64,000 nucleotides of DNA from Heteronotia binoei (GCF_032191835.1 NC_083223.1:100192001-100256000); one strand, 5' to 3'; counted from the first letter of the stretch, positions 33,472-44,912 are shown. Notes: a model not told the origin generated them from the letters alone. Numbers and translations: made by a program.

Positions 33472-35196
33472 TTAGAGTGCATGCTGCAGCACACGCCTCC
33501 CAAAGGCCGCCTCCGCTGAAGCCCATTTATCCACTTTATAGTGCCTGGTAAAGGTATGTACCGATTTCCAAGTTACTGCCTTACACACAGCTTCTAATGA
33601 TGGGAAGGACCGATACACAGCTGATGTCGCAGCACCCCTCAGAGAATGAGCCGTGATCCCATCTGGAGGGGTCTGACCTTGGGCCTTGTAGGCCAGAACA
33701 ATACATTCCCGTAGCCACCTGCTAAGAGAAGAAGTGGAAACCTGTCGTCCCTGTGACTTTTTGCTGAACGAAACAAACAGGGAATCAGACTTTCTCCAAT
33801 CTTTTGTACGTTCAATATAAAAACTAAGTGCCCTCTTAACGTCTAGGCAGTGCAACTCCCTTTCCTTAGAAGACTGAGGATTGGGACAAAAATTTGGAAG
33901 AACCAACTCTTGGGACCTATGAAAAACAGAATTAACTTTAGGAATAAAAGAAGGGTCTGGCCTCAGCACCACCTTTTCGTTATGAAAAACGCAAAGTTCC
34001 TTGTCAACCGATAGGGCCCTCAATTCAGACACTCTCCGTGCCGTGGTGATGCCTACTAGAAAAAGCGTTTTAAGAGTTAATTCCTTGATCCCACAGGAAG
34101 CCAAAGGTTCGAAGGGACGCCCGCACAAGGCATGTAGGACTACATTCAATTTCCACGAGGGAAACCTGTGCACCTGTAGAGGTTTAAGAAGAGCAGCACC
34201 CCTCAAGAACCTTTTAATATGCGGATGCGCTGATAAGGCCTTACGCCCCAGCACCCCTTGTATGGACGATATGGCAGCCACCTGCCGCCGCAGTGTGCTA
34301 GTGGAAAGCCCCTTATCTGCCCCTTCCTGAAGAAAACAAAGAATACCTTTAACCTTAACCGACATCGGGTCCCACCCCCGCTGGTTCGACGATGAGAAGA
34401 AGACCTTCCAGGTGGTATTATACACCCTATTAGTGGAACATTTACGTGATGCCAACATAGTGTCCACCACCCTCTTGTTATAACCTAGCTCCTCGAGCTG
34501 CAACCGCTCAACCTCCAAACTGTCAACTGTAACAGGTCTGGTTGAGGATGAGACATGTTGCCCTGAGTCAGAAGGTCGTCCCTCCTCGGCAGCCGCCAAG
34601 GAGGCTGAATCGACAAGCTCAGAAGCTCCTGGAACCATGACCGTCTCAGCCAGAAAGGAGCCACTAGCACCATCTCTGGTCTTAGTTCCACCACCCTCTG
34701 AATCACCCTGGGTAAAAGAGGAAGGGGCGGGAAGGCATACAGAAGTCCCGCTGGCCACTCGGCGCTGAGAGCATCGGTGCCTTCTGCTCTTGTGTCTCTG
34801 TGTTTGGCAAAGAACCTGTCCACCTGACAATTTTCCGCCGTGGCAAACAGGTCCACTGTCACCGTACCGTACCTGTCCACTATTAGACTGAAGGTGTCTC
34901 TGTGCAACATCCATTCCGTCTGGTCCAGCCAGCGTCTGCTGAGCCAGTCTGCTAATAGATTGTCCTTTCCTGGAACATGCACCGCTTTGATCGATAGGAG
35001 ATTGGTTTCCGCCCACTCGAAGAGAACCTTCGCCTCGGCATGGAGAAATTTCACCTTGGTTCCTCCTTGTCGATTTACGTACGCTTTGGCTGTCGAGTTG
35101 TCCGTTTTCACCAGGACATGGCAACCCCTCAGGAACGCCTGCAAACCCTGCAATCCTAGTCGAATCGCTCTGAGCTCCAGGAAGTTGATACTCCAC
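33472..35196 (-). CDS. DIRS tyrosine recombinase
   Basis: N-terminal STLRRQVAAIS..HPHIKRFLRG domain, ARRVSEL (Arg), HSLRG (HxxR), TFTRHY (catalytic Tyr). The track start is GTG. Confidence 0.92.
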   Translation of the reverse strand: MEYQLPGAQSDSTRIAGFAGVPEGLPCPGENGQLDSQSVRKSTRRNQGEISPCRGEGSLRVGGNQSPIDQSGACSRKGQSISRLAQQTLAGPDGMDVAQRHLQSNSGQVRYGDSGPVCHGGKLSGGQVLCQTQRHKSRRHRCSQRRVASGTSVCLPAPSSFTQGDSEGGGTKTRDGASGSFLAETVMVPGASELVDSASLAAAEEGRPSDSGQHVSSSTRPVTVDSLEVERLQLEELGYNKRVVDTMLASRKCSTNRVYNTTWKVFFSSSNQRGWDPMSVKVKGILCFLQEGADKGLSTSTLRRQVAAISSIQGVLGRKALSAHPHIKRFLRGAALLKPLQVHRFPSWKLNVVLHALCGRPFEPLASCGIKELTLKTLFLVGITTARRVSELRALSVDKELCVFHNEKVVLRPDPSFIPKVNSVFHRSQELVLPNFCPNPQSSKERELHCLDVKRALSFYIERTKDWRKSDSLFVSFSKKSQGRQVSTSSLSRWLRECIVLAYKAQGQTPPDGITAHSLRGAATSAVYRSFPSLEAVCKAVTWKSVHTFTRHYKVDKWASAEAAFGRRVLQHAL

Positions 35197-36614
35197 TTCG
35201 TCTCATGGGGCTCCCATTGACCCTGGATCATTTGATCCTGTGAGTGAGCCCCCCAACCCCATAGACTGGCATCTGTGGTCATGCAAACCTTCTGGGGCTC
35301 GCGTAGCGGATGACCTGGAAGGAAACGATCCGGGTCCAGCCACCACTGCAACTGGGTTTTTACTTCTGGTGGTAATGTCACCAGTTTGGGGATTTTGTTC
35401 CCTATAACCTCCTGGAACGGGCGGAGGAAGAACTGCAGGGGGCGAGTGTGGAACCTGGCCCAGGAGAGTAAATCCTGAAAAGAGACCATCATCCCTAACA
35501 ACTGCGCTAACATCATAACCGACACCCTGCGTCGTAGGATCCCTTGTAACAGGAGACGGAACTTCTCCTGTCTCTCCAGGGTTAAGAAGACTCTGTCCCT
35601 GGTTGTATCTATCTCCACTCCCAGGTGCACTAGCCTCTGAGAGGGAAGAAGATTGCTCTTCTCCAGATTCACCACGAAGCCGTGACCACGCAACATGGTC
35701 ACAGTCCGATGAATGTCCTCCTGGCATTGTTGGTATGACCCCGCCTTCACCAAAATGTCGTCCAGGTAAGGGAACAGGGCCACGCCCTGTAGTCTCAGCT
35801 CCGCCACCAGGGTCACCAGAACCTTTGTAAACACCTGGGGCGAAGACTTCAGGCTGAACGGTAAGGCCCGATACTGGAAATGTTTTCCCCCGTAGGAGAA
35901 ACGTAGAAACTTTCTGTGTGATTCCTGAATGGGAACATGTAAGTAGGCCTCTGATAGATCCAAGGAAGCCAGAAAATCCTGAGGCTGAATGGCTAACAGC
36001 ACTGACCGAAGGGTGTCCATTTTGAAATGCTTTGTCACAACGAACTTGTTGAGCCATTTCAGATCCAGGATGGTTCTGAACTCCCCGTTCTTTTTTGGAA
36101 CTAAAAATATTATCGAATAAACTCCCAAACCCTGTTGGGGTATCGGGACGGGCTCCCCTGCCCCTATATCCACCAGGTGTTGAATGGCCATCAGCATTGC
36201 TTTGTGAGCAATCAAATCTCTTTTTTGTGGAACCCAACGAAAGTGGTTGGGAGGGGGGGAGTGGAATTCTATGGCATAGCCCTGTTCCACTACCTCTAGA
36301 ACCCATTTGTCCTGAATCGACTGGTTCCAGGTGCCTGCGTACAAGGGAAGGCGACCCCCTATTTTTCCTGCCACCTGGTGAGGAGCATAGTCACTGGGAT
36401 CCCCCTTTTTTGGAAGAGGGTTTGGAACTCTGGTCTGACTTCGCAGAGTAATAGGGTTTGGAATCACGTCCTTTCTGTTGCCACTTTCCTCTGAAGGAAC
36501 GAAAAGGACCTGATCTGGATGGCTTTTTGGAGTCTCGAAAGGACGGAAAAGGCTTCCTCTGTTTTGTGTCTTTACCCTTGGAGGGTAGGCCTTTCTTCTT
36601 ATCCTTGTTTTCAA
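34485..36614 (-). CDS. pol: DIRS RT / RNase H / adenine-methyltransferase-like ORF
   Basis: LDLSEAY, YLDD. TDASLWGWG, FLELRAI, TDN, LADWLSR. MT-like DLFAT..YAFPP. The track start is TTG. The last ~700 nt overlap the YR ORF. Confidence 0.93.
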   Translation of the reverse strand: MKTRIRRKAYPPRVKTQNRGSLFRPFETPKSHPDQVLFVPSEESGNRKDVIPNPITLRSQTRVPNPLPKKGDPSDYAPHQVAGKIGGRLPLYAGTWNQSIQDKWVLEVVEQGYAIEFHSPPPNHFRWVPQKRDLIAHKAMLMAIQHLVDIGAGEPVPIPQQGLGVYSIIFLVPKKNGEFRTILDLKWLNKFVVTKHFKMDTLRSVLLAIQPQDFLASLDLSEAYLHVPIQESHRKFLRFSYGGKHFQYRALPFSLKSSPQVFTKVLVTLVAELRLQGVALFPYLDDILVKAGSYQQCQEDIHRTVTMLRGHGFVVNLEKSNLLPSQRLVHLGVEIDTTRDRVFLTLERQEKFRLLLQGILRRRVSVMMLAQLLGMMVSFQDLLSWARFHTRPLQFFLRPFQEVIGNKIPKLVTLPPEVKTQLQWWLDPDRFLPGHPLREPQKVCMTTDASLWGWGAHSQDQMIQGQWEPHETKWSINFLELRAIRLGLQGLQAFLRGCHVLVKTDNSTAKAYVNRQGGTKVKFLHAEAKVLFEWAETNLLSIKAVHVPGKDNLLADWLSRRWLDQTEWMLHRDTFSLIVDRYGTVTVDLFATAENCQVDRFFAKHRDTRAEGTDALSAEWPAGLLYAFPPLPLLPRVIQRVVELRPEMVLVAPFWLRRSWFQELLSLSIQPPWRLPRRDDLLTQGNMSHPQPDLLQLTVWRLSGCSSRS

Positions 36615-37750
36615 TGAGAAACCTATCTAGGCCCTCCCCGAACAACAAGGATCCTTTAAATGGTACTGCTGCAACCCTGGCCTGGGCTGTAGTATCGACC
36701 TCCCAATTACGCAGCCAAATGTTGCGTCTAGCCGCAACACCACATGCCATGGCTCTGGCCGCTATTTGCATGGTGTCCAATGAACTATCTGCCACAAAGG
36801 CTGCAGATAGGGCAATCTTTTTGAGTTCATCCTTGAACTCCTTGGGAGCTCCACTATCTGCTGCTGCTAAATTATTGGACCACGTGCACATTGCTCTGGC
36901 GAACAATGAGGAAGTTGTGGCTGCTTTGATAGCCCATGCTGTCGCTTCAAATTCCTTGCGTAAAGCCTGCTCAATCCTCCTATCACATGGATCCCTGGGT
37001 AGGACCGAATTGGAGATCAGGCTAGTCACAGGGTCATCCACCATTGGCAATTTTAGCCTCTTAGTGGCCTGTGGAATCAGGGAATAGAGTTTGGAGATGA
37101 CCTGTTGGTTGGCCTTAGGTTTAGCCGGCCGTTCCCATTCCGCCTTAACCAGAGCAAAAAAGGCCGCCGGTAAGGGAACCCCCATCTGAGCACTGCTCAG
37201 CTTTGGCATCATTTCCCCTGAGCCTGTGGGAAGGTCAGGATCCAACTCTTCATTTTCCTTAGGTGTGGCCACAAAATTAAGGGTCCTCAAAACCTTAGGA
37301 AGCAACTTAGAGTAGTATTCAAGGGGGAAAAGCCTAGACTGCACAGTGTCAGGTTTTCTCCTCCTCATCTGAAAGCTCACCTTCCTCCTTATCAGACTGT
37401 AGATCAGAGTCCTCCGACTCTTCAGCCGAACTCAGGAGAGGGGAATCCAAGCCTAAGTGAGCCTTGCCCTTAGATCATCCCAGGGCGTCACTGGGGCTGG
37501 GGTCTCTACACCTTTTCCTTCCCTCTTGTCTTTTTTGCTTCGTCAAGGAAGAAGAAGGGGAGTCTAGCCTCTGACTGAGGTCCTGCCCCAACTCTTTCAA
37601 CATTTCTCTTTTAAGCCATTGCAGCAAGTTTGTCTTGGCATTCTCCCCTGTCAGGTCGAGATTCTGAGCCTCTTGTTGAGGGGTCAGGGCTCCTGATAGC
37701 AGAGGCAAGTCGAATTCGCTTGGGGAGTTGCTTTGGGAACTAGCCGCCAT
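36391..37750 (-). pseudogene. gag: DIRS gag-like ORF1, disrupted
   Basis: ATG at 37750, TGA at 37477-37475, +1 frameshift at an A4 run (37357-37354). Continues as ..EWERP..RDPCDRRIE..ARRNIWLRNW..VPFKGSLLFG. Confidence 0.82.
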
Positions 37751-38349
37751 TTTGATGTACTCCAGATCCTTATAAGGGAAGTGAGAGGAAAGGCACTAGC
37801 AAAATAAGGGCGGGAAAGGCTCAAAATGGAGGGCAGCAATTTTTAAACTTCGCCCTCTGGCTGGTCTAACAGCACCTAATAGGCAAAAAACCTTTTTAAA
37901 GTTGCCCTTATCCAAAGTCTCCCCCTCTGCCAAGCATGTAATGCTAGGCAGTTCAGGGTCCAGGCATGCGGTCAGCTTACAGGAGAAAGGAACCCCTTCC
38001 CAGGTTTTAGATCGCCTGCGCAGGCCCTTCCCGCCGCGGGACGACTTACCGCGCTGCTGCTTGAATCGCCGCTTGTTTTCTCCGCTCCATTCCACTCACG
38101 TCTGCGGGGAAACGGAGCTTCAAAGGGCTTCGTTGTGAAAGCTCGCCTTCAGACGCTCTCTGCCGCCGCAGGGTCTACTCCTGAGTAGCCCTGTACGTTC
38201 TTAGCCCTTCTGTCGGGTTTGTTGGGGTCAACCCCTACGCTCCCGGCCTTTAGAATTTAAACAGTAGTTTTCTTTCTGCCGGATCTTCTGCGCTTCTTCA
38301 GGAGTGCTAGGGAAGAAACCGTCCTGCTCATGCAGGCCGGGAAGAAAAA

Positions 38350-38463
38350 CTGGCGGGAGCTGGGAGGTATAGGCCACTCCCCCTCCAGATCGTTTGGAAG
38401 ACCCGACCCTGTGAAGAGGAGGAGGAGCCTATACCCAGTAGTCGGACCAACCCACTGTCCAGA
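38350..38463 (-). repeat. DIRS left ITR / 5' terminus
   Basis: Reverse complement of 32977-33084, plus the terminal TCTGGA that is mirrored in the ICR. Confidence 0.92.
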
Positions 38464-38556
38464 CCACCGGAGAAGTAATAGTTGACACTCAAGGAATGAA
38501 TGAATTTTTTGTGGACAATAAAGAATTTGAAGGTACAGAATAACTGAGAAAACATT

Positions 38557-41500
38557 ATGGATTACAAATTAATTTCTTGGAATGTAAATGGACTTAATTT
38601 ACCACAAAAAGGGCAATTTTTCATTGGATTAATAAACAGAAATGTAATATAATTTGTTTACAAGAAGTACATATTAAACAATTGGATTACAAATTTTTAT
38701 GGAATAAGGCTTTGGGAAAACAATTTTTTTCATTAGCTAAAGAAAAAAAAAGGGGAGTGTTTTTTTACATTAAAAAAGAACTAGAACCTAAACTGGTTTT
38801 TAAAGACAATGATGGCAGATACATCGCAGTGGACTTGTTGATAAATGAAAAAAAAAACGTTGTTGTTGGGCTTATATGCCCCTAACGGGGCAAAGGATGT
38901 TTTCTTTAAAGACATTTTGCAACAACTTAATCAAGTGACTTATGAACAGGTTATGTTAATGGGAGATTTCAATGGAGCCATCAACAACTCTCTGGATAGA
39001 TCTGGAAACAAAAAGAAGAAAGATGGGAAGCTACCAAAGTCCTTCTTTGATTTAACAGAGCAAGAAAGTTTGGAGGACATTTGGAGAAAGTTTAATCCTA
39101 ATGTATGTGACTATACCTTTTTCTCAGCAAGGCATAACTCCTTCTCAAGAATTGATATGTTATGGTCCACGAAGGACCTGGGACTTATTAAAAATAAGAT
39201 GGAAATTCTTCCGAAAATAGGTGCAGACCACAATCCACTAATGTGGTCAGCGAAGGCTATGAGAAAGAGCAGAAGATGGAGACTAAATGAAGATTAGTTG
39301 CAAAAAGTGGAAGTAGTGAAGTCTCTGGAAAAAGAAACTAAAGCTTTCTTCCAAATAAATGAAGACCAAGAGGTTAAAACACAGACCATTTGGGATGCGT
39401 ATAAAGCAGTGATGAGAGGATTACTAATCTCATTGAACAACAAAGACAAAAGAGCTAAAGAAAAACAATTGAAAGACTTATAAACAGAAATAGGCAAAAA
39501 AGAAAAAGATCTAAAAAAACGACCGGGGAAAAAGAAAATAATGAGAGAAATCACAATTTTTCAGAATCAACTGAGACATTTATTGAACAAGGAGGTGGAA
39601 TGGATGTTAAAAAGGCTACAGCAAAAATCATTTGAAGGTGCCAACAAAACAGGGAAATATTTGGCTTGGCAACTTAAGAAAAAAAGGGAGAAAAAGTTTG
39701 TAAATAAAATTTGTGTGGAAGGGAAAGAAATTGTAGATCAAGCTGGAATTAAAAGGGAGTTCTTTAAATTTTATGCCAAATTATATAAAGGTCAACAGGT
39801 AAAAAAAGAAAAAATCGATGACTATTTGCAAAGATTAAAAGTGAAACCTTTGAATGATAATATGGAAAAAATTTTGAATAATCCAATTGAGAAGGTTGAA
39901 ATTGAAGCAGCGATTTGTTCAATGAAATTAGGGAAAGCTCCGGGTCCAGACGGCTTTTCAGCAAAATTTTATAAAGTCTTGGCGGATGTACTAGTACCCA
40001 AAATGCAAAAGCTGATGAACTGTATTAGAGAAGAGGGGAAAGTACCAGATTCCTGGAAAGAAGCTGTTATTTAATTAATACCGAAAGAAGAAAGAGGCTC
40101 CACAAATGTTAAAAACTATAGACCGATTTCACTACTGAATAATGATTACAAAATATTTGCTAGAATTCTAGCGGAAAGACTCAAACAGCATTTAAACATT
40201 TCTATTCAGGAAGAACAAGCAGGCTTTCTCCCTAGGAGGCAAATAAGGGATAACATTAGAAATGTAATAGACATTGTTGAATATTACGAAAAACATCCAG
40301 AAAAGGAGGTGGCTTTATTTTTTGCGGATGCGGAAAAAGCTTTTGATAATCTTAACTGGGACTTTATGTTTGCAGTTATGGAGAAAATTAAATTAGGAGA
40401 TGATTTTATAAGGATGACCAAAGCAATATATACAGAACAACAGGCAAAACTCTGTGTGAATACTGACTTAACTGAACAACTGAAGATCAGCAAAGGCACA
40501 AGACAAGGTTGCCCTCTATCTCCATTGTTGTTTATAATGACCCTAGAGGTCTTGTTGACTCAAATTGATGAAGACAGTGAAATAGAGGGATTGAAGTTGA
40601 AAGGTTTTTCCTATAAATACAGAGCCTTTGCAGATGATGTGATGTTTATTAATGAGAACCCAGTACAAACGATGCCTTTGTTGTTAAAGAAAATTAAAGA
40701 GTATGGTGAGATAGCTGGCTTTTATATTAATAAAGAAAAATCGAAGATCCTTACTAAGAATCTGACACTAAACAAACAGAAAGAATTACAAAATGCCACT
40801 GGATGTGAAGTTGCTTCCAAAGTAAAATATTTAGGTGTGGAGATGAGGATGAAAAACATTGACTTATATAAGAACAATTATGAAAAGCTCTGGCATAAAA
40901 TAGAAGGTGATATGTTAAAATGGAATAAACTAAACATATCTATGCTGGGGAGGATATCTGCAGTTAAAATGAATGTTCTACCAAGGATGATGTTTTTATT
41001 TCAAACTATCCCAATAGTGAAAGATAAGAAACAATTTAACCTGTGGCAAAGAAAGATTTCAGAGTTTATTTGAGTGGGCAAGAAACCAAGAATCAAAATG
41101 AAAATCTTAACAGATGCGAAAGAAAGAGGCGGCTTCCAACTACCTGATTTAATGCTATATCATGATGCAGTTTGTTTGGTATGGATTAAGGAATGGATGA
41201 CTTTGATCAACAAAAAATTATTAGTGCTTGAAGGACATGGAAATATCTTTGGCTGGCATGCGTATATGTATTACGGGAAAGAGAAGATGGATGGGTTTTT
41301 CTCACATCACTATATAAGGAGGAGTTTGCTGAATACTTGGAAAAAATATAGTAAGTATGGAGATGAGAGGAAACCACTTTGGATTGTGCCAACAGAAGTA
41401 ATAAGTATGCCGCAAAGTGTAAGGGAAGGGAAATGGGTATCATACGAACAACTTTTAAAGTTTAAGGGGGGCAAAGTTGAAATGAAATCGGTTGAAGAAC

Positions 41501-42309
41501 TGCAGGACAAATTTGATTGGTTCCAGCTGTTACAAATTAAAAGCTTGATAGAGAAAGACATTAAGAGCACAGGTATAAGACGAGAGAAAACAGAAATGGA
41601 GAAAATGCTGTTGGGCGAGAATGAAAAATTGATCTCAAGGATGTATAAACTGTTACTGAAATGGTCTACAGAAGAAGAGGTGGTGAAGCCTCAAATGATT
41701 AAATGGGCGATTAATTTTAATAAAGAAATACAGATGGAGACGTGGGAACACCTATGGAAGAATTCAATGAAAATATCAACGTGCTATAACATAAAAGAGA
41801 ACTGCTTCAAAATGCTGTACAGATGGTACATGACACCTAAAAAGCTAACAAAAATGAGTAATCAAGCTTCAGATAGGTGTTGGAAATGTAAAAAACATGA
41901 AGGTTCTCTCTACCACATGTGGTGGACTTGTGAAAAGGCGAAACAATTTTGGACAATGATTCAACAGGAGATCTCGAAAATCTTGGGTTATAATATTAAG
42001 AGAGCACCAGATGTCTTTCTGGTGGGATTACAAATGGAAAGCTTTCCGAAGCAAGACAGAACATTGTTGTGGTATTTGCTTTCAGCTGCGAGAACATTGT
42101 ATGCGCAAATGTGGAAGCAAGACAGAATACCTGAAAAATGGGACTGGGTCTTAAAGGTTCTTAACTGGAGTGAAATGGACAAACTTACTAGAATCTTAAA
42201 AGACAACAATTTGGAGAAGTTTAAAGAAGACTGGAGTAAATTCCAAAGTTACGTGGAAATACAATGGAGGGTGAAGAGTCATTTAGTAGTTTATGACAAC
42301 ATTAATTGA
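38557..42309 (+). pseudogene. L1 ORF2 (APE, RT, C-terminal Cys-rich domain), multiple stops and frameshifts
   Basis: MDYKLISWNVNG, GDFN, SRID, KAPGPDG, QGCPLSP, FADD, CWKC..SLYHMWWTC. Stops at 39295, 39481, 40072 and 41071; frameshifts near 38606 and 38860. Confidence 0.93.
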
Positions 42310-44708
42310 ACTTTAAATGATAAAGAAGAATCGTGATTATTGTGTTAGTAGGATATAGTTACATGGTAATTATGCATATATGAGTTAAGATTAAGACAGC
42401 TGGAATTCCGGAGTTGATTTTATAACTTTGAGTTTTATGTTTAATAAATACTAAGTGAATTATATAGAAAGGGTTATTGAAAGATAACTCTTTGTGTAAA
42501 AATTTTATAAGGGTGGAATGATATTTAGTAGTGTATGACAACATTAATTGAACTTTTAATGATAAAGAGGTATTGTGATATTGTGATAAAAGTATTAGTA
42601 TTAGTAGAACATAGCTATTTGGTAAATATATATATATGAGAGTTAAGATAAGACTAGGATAGGGGGAACTCTGGAACTGAATTAATAATTATGAGCGTTG
42701 TGTTTAATAAATGCTAAGTGATTATTAGAGAAAAGGTTAGTGAATGATAATTTTTTTTTCTTTCTAAAGATTTTATAATTGTGAATTTACCTTTAATATG
42801 CTTTTAATTTGTTTTAAGTACCGGCGGAGGTCATGAATAAGAGTGGGGGGGAGGAAAATATGTAATGTATTGGAGAAGTATATTTGAATTTGAATAGATG
42901 AATTTATTCCGATATATTGCAAAATAAAGTTTGGTCACAAAAAAAAAAAAAAAGAGCTCTTGCTCTCCTCCCCATCCCATACCTTCTTGTCTCCAAGGAT
43001 GAATACAGCTTGGGCAAGATCTGGAGGCAGCACTGGAAGAATTGCACATGCTGCTCCTTGAAGAAATCCAACTGCTCCACATCGCTGAAGCCTCCCTCCT
43101 CCTTTCCCCCCCAGCACAGCACTTGCCACCATGTTAGCCAACTGCTCCCTATCCTCAAGTATAATGTCTCCTACCAGTAGCACCCAGTCACGTGGCATGG
43201 TCTGAGCGCTATGCTAATTGGGGCATCAGCGCTCTTAGGAGGAGTAACTGGAGGAGGCAGTGTCCCTGCCCCCTGCAGTGGGGAGGCAGGGCCAGGCATT
43301 AGTGGCGCCAACCAAGAAGTAGCTTCGAGACAGCATTGGTGGGTTGCAGGCATATCTGTTCACCACGCTGAGTGCTTCTAATGCAAGCCTTCCAATGCAA
43401 GCACAGGTGGCAGTAGCCAAATTTATACAGAGGCCAGATAAGCTGAGACTTCCATGGGATATGAATCCACAGGAAAATAAAGCACGAAGGAGGCTACAGA
43501 TTTATATAGGTCTTGCAGGGAGCCCGATCCTATACAAGTGCGCCCACTGCTGTACCGGTCCCACTCAGCCCCTTCCCCACCACCACCACCCGCAGCACTC
43601 CTGGCAGGCCACCAGGTGTAATGGCAAGGTGGAGAGTGGCAGAGAGGTGGACGGTGGCAAGGGCAAGCGTTGTGGTGGTGAGGAAGGGGCACTGGGGCAC
43701 AAACAAGGAGGGGAAGGGGGCACCCACCACCTGCCCCTGTGGCCAGGTAATGCCCCAGGCGGCCACCTACCTGGCTTACTGGGTAGCACCAGCCCTGGTT
43801 GTGTGTTCGGTTTTGATGAACTAAATACAACTCTGAAAAACTGCTGATCTGGCTGTATAGAGCCGAATCAGATTCTCTGATCTGATTCAGCTGCCAAATA
43901 CAGCAGCTGCAAATAGCTGCTGGAATTTGGTGATTATTTGGCTCCATTATACCCTATGGGCCATTGAAGTCAATAGCAAAATAGGATATAATGAATTGCA
44001 GATGGGGGGGAAAGGGTTTGAGGTAGAGGCTCCAAATTTGCAGAGCAACTGCAGGAGGATCTCCCCCACAGAATCCCCAAGGTTCAAAAACATTGGATCA
44101 GGGGATCCAATTCTAGGAGTACCCAAAGAGGGTGCCCCCATTCCCCATGCTTTCTTATGGCAGGGGAAAAATATGTCAATTTCCCCGTGATGGGAAAATT
44201 GACAATGGGGAGGAGGGGGTTTGAAGGAGAGGCAACAAATTTGCAGTGTAGCTGCAGGAGCCTCTCCCCCAAGTAACTCCCAAATTCAAAAAAGATTGGA
44301 CCAGAGGTTTCCATTCTATGGTAACCCAAAGTGGTTGCCCCCTCCCTTTCCCATTGTCTCCTATCAAGGGAAAAACTTGTAAATACATGCAGCAGTCAGA
44401 TTCTCCTAGAGAATCTCTGACGTGAAAAGTCAACTGCGGTGAGGATGCTTTTTTGGAAGGAGCAAAACAGTGCTATGTACCTAGCAGAACCAAGAACCAC
44501 TGTGGCAGTACCAGGGCCATATACAGGACCTGAGTTCAAATCCAAGAATTTCTCTGATTTACAAAGAGGGGGGGGTGCTTTCTGCAAAGACCATAGTGCA
44601 GAAACAGTGCATTGAATGCACTGGTGCTAAGCAGTAGAGCCCCGTGCCAACCTAATAGTGACCAGTCCAGTGGCACAACCCTACCAACTACTGTCCAGCT
44701 GCTAAAAG

Positions 44709-44912
44709 ATGAATGGATACAAATCTGAAATCAAGATTCACAAAGGTGAGTAACCTGTTTTACTGCAACATCATTTCAGAAACAGACTGGAACAGGAGAG
44801 GAGGACAGGGTTAATAGAAGAGAGGAGATTCCAGCCTGTTTCTGAAATGATGTTGCAGTAAAACGGGTCGCTCACCTTTGTGAATCTTGATTTCAGATTT
44901 GTATTAATTCAT
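44709..44912. repeat. Long fold-back inverted repeat
   Basis: 76-bp arms (44717-44792 and 44829-44904) with 4 mismatches and a 36-nt purine-rich loop. Confidence 0.85.

Larger units (their letters stand above)
32917..38463 (-). mobile_element. DIRS1-type tyrosine-recombinase retrotransposon, structurally complete
   Basis: 108-bp ITRs, internal complementary region, gag, RT/RH/MT and YR ORFs. AGA is present at both junctions and there is no classical TSD. Confidence 0.95.
22679..38543 (+). pseudogene. L1 ORF1 in four pieces (22679-23024, 32201-32471, ~32793-32919, ~38464-38543)
   Basis: Coiled-coil-like N-terminus. Removing the Copia rejoins QDCKLM-ENMIRLRGVPE in frame. Later pieces read KELPRKV..RYRWILPEGLSFEYK and ..FFVDNKEFEGTE*. 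Confidence 0.8.
21617..42951 (+). mobile_element. Full-length L1 LINE (~6.3 kb net) hosting Copia(+RTE), L2 and DIRS insertions
   Basis: TSD AAGAGCTCTT(T/G)CTCTC at 21601-21616 and 42952-42967. 5' end GAGACCTTCCGG, ORF1, ORF2, AATAAA and poly(A) at ~42923-42951. Confidence 0.9.

Noticed and set aside
35203-36306. 367-aa ORF inside DIRS
   Set aside because: An alternative frame over RT, low-complexity and with no motif. It may be the upstream continuation of the YR frame, but it cannot be supported as a gene.
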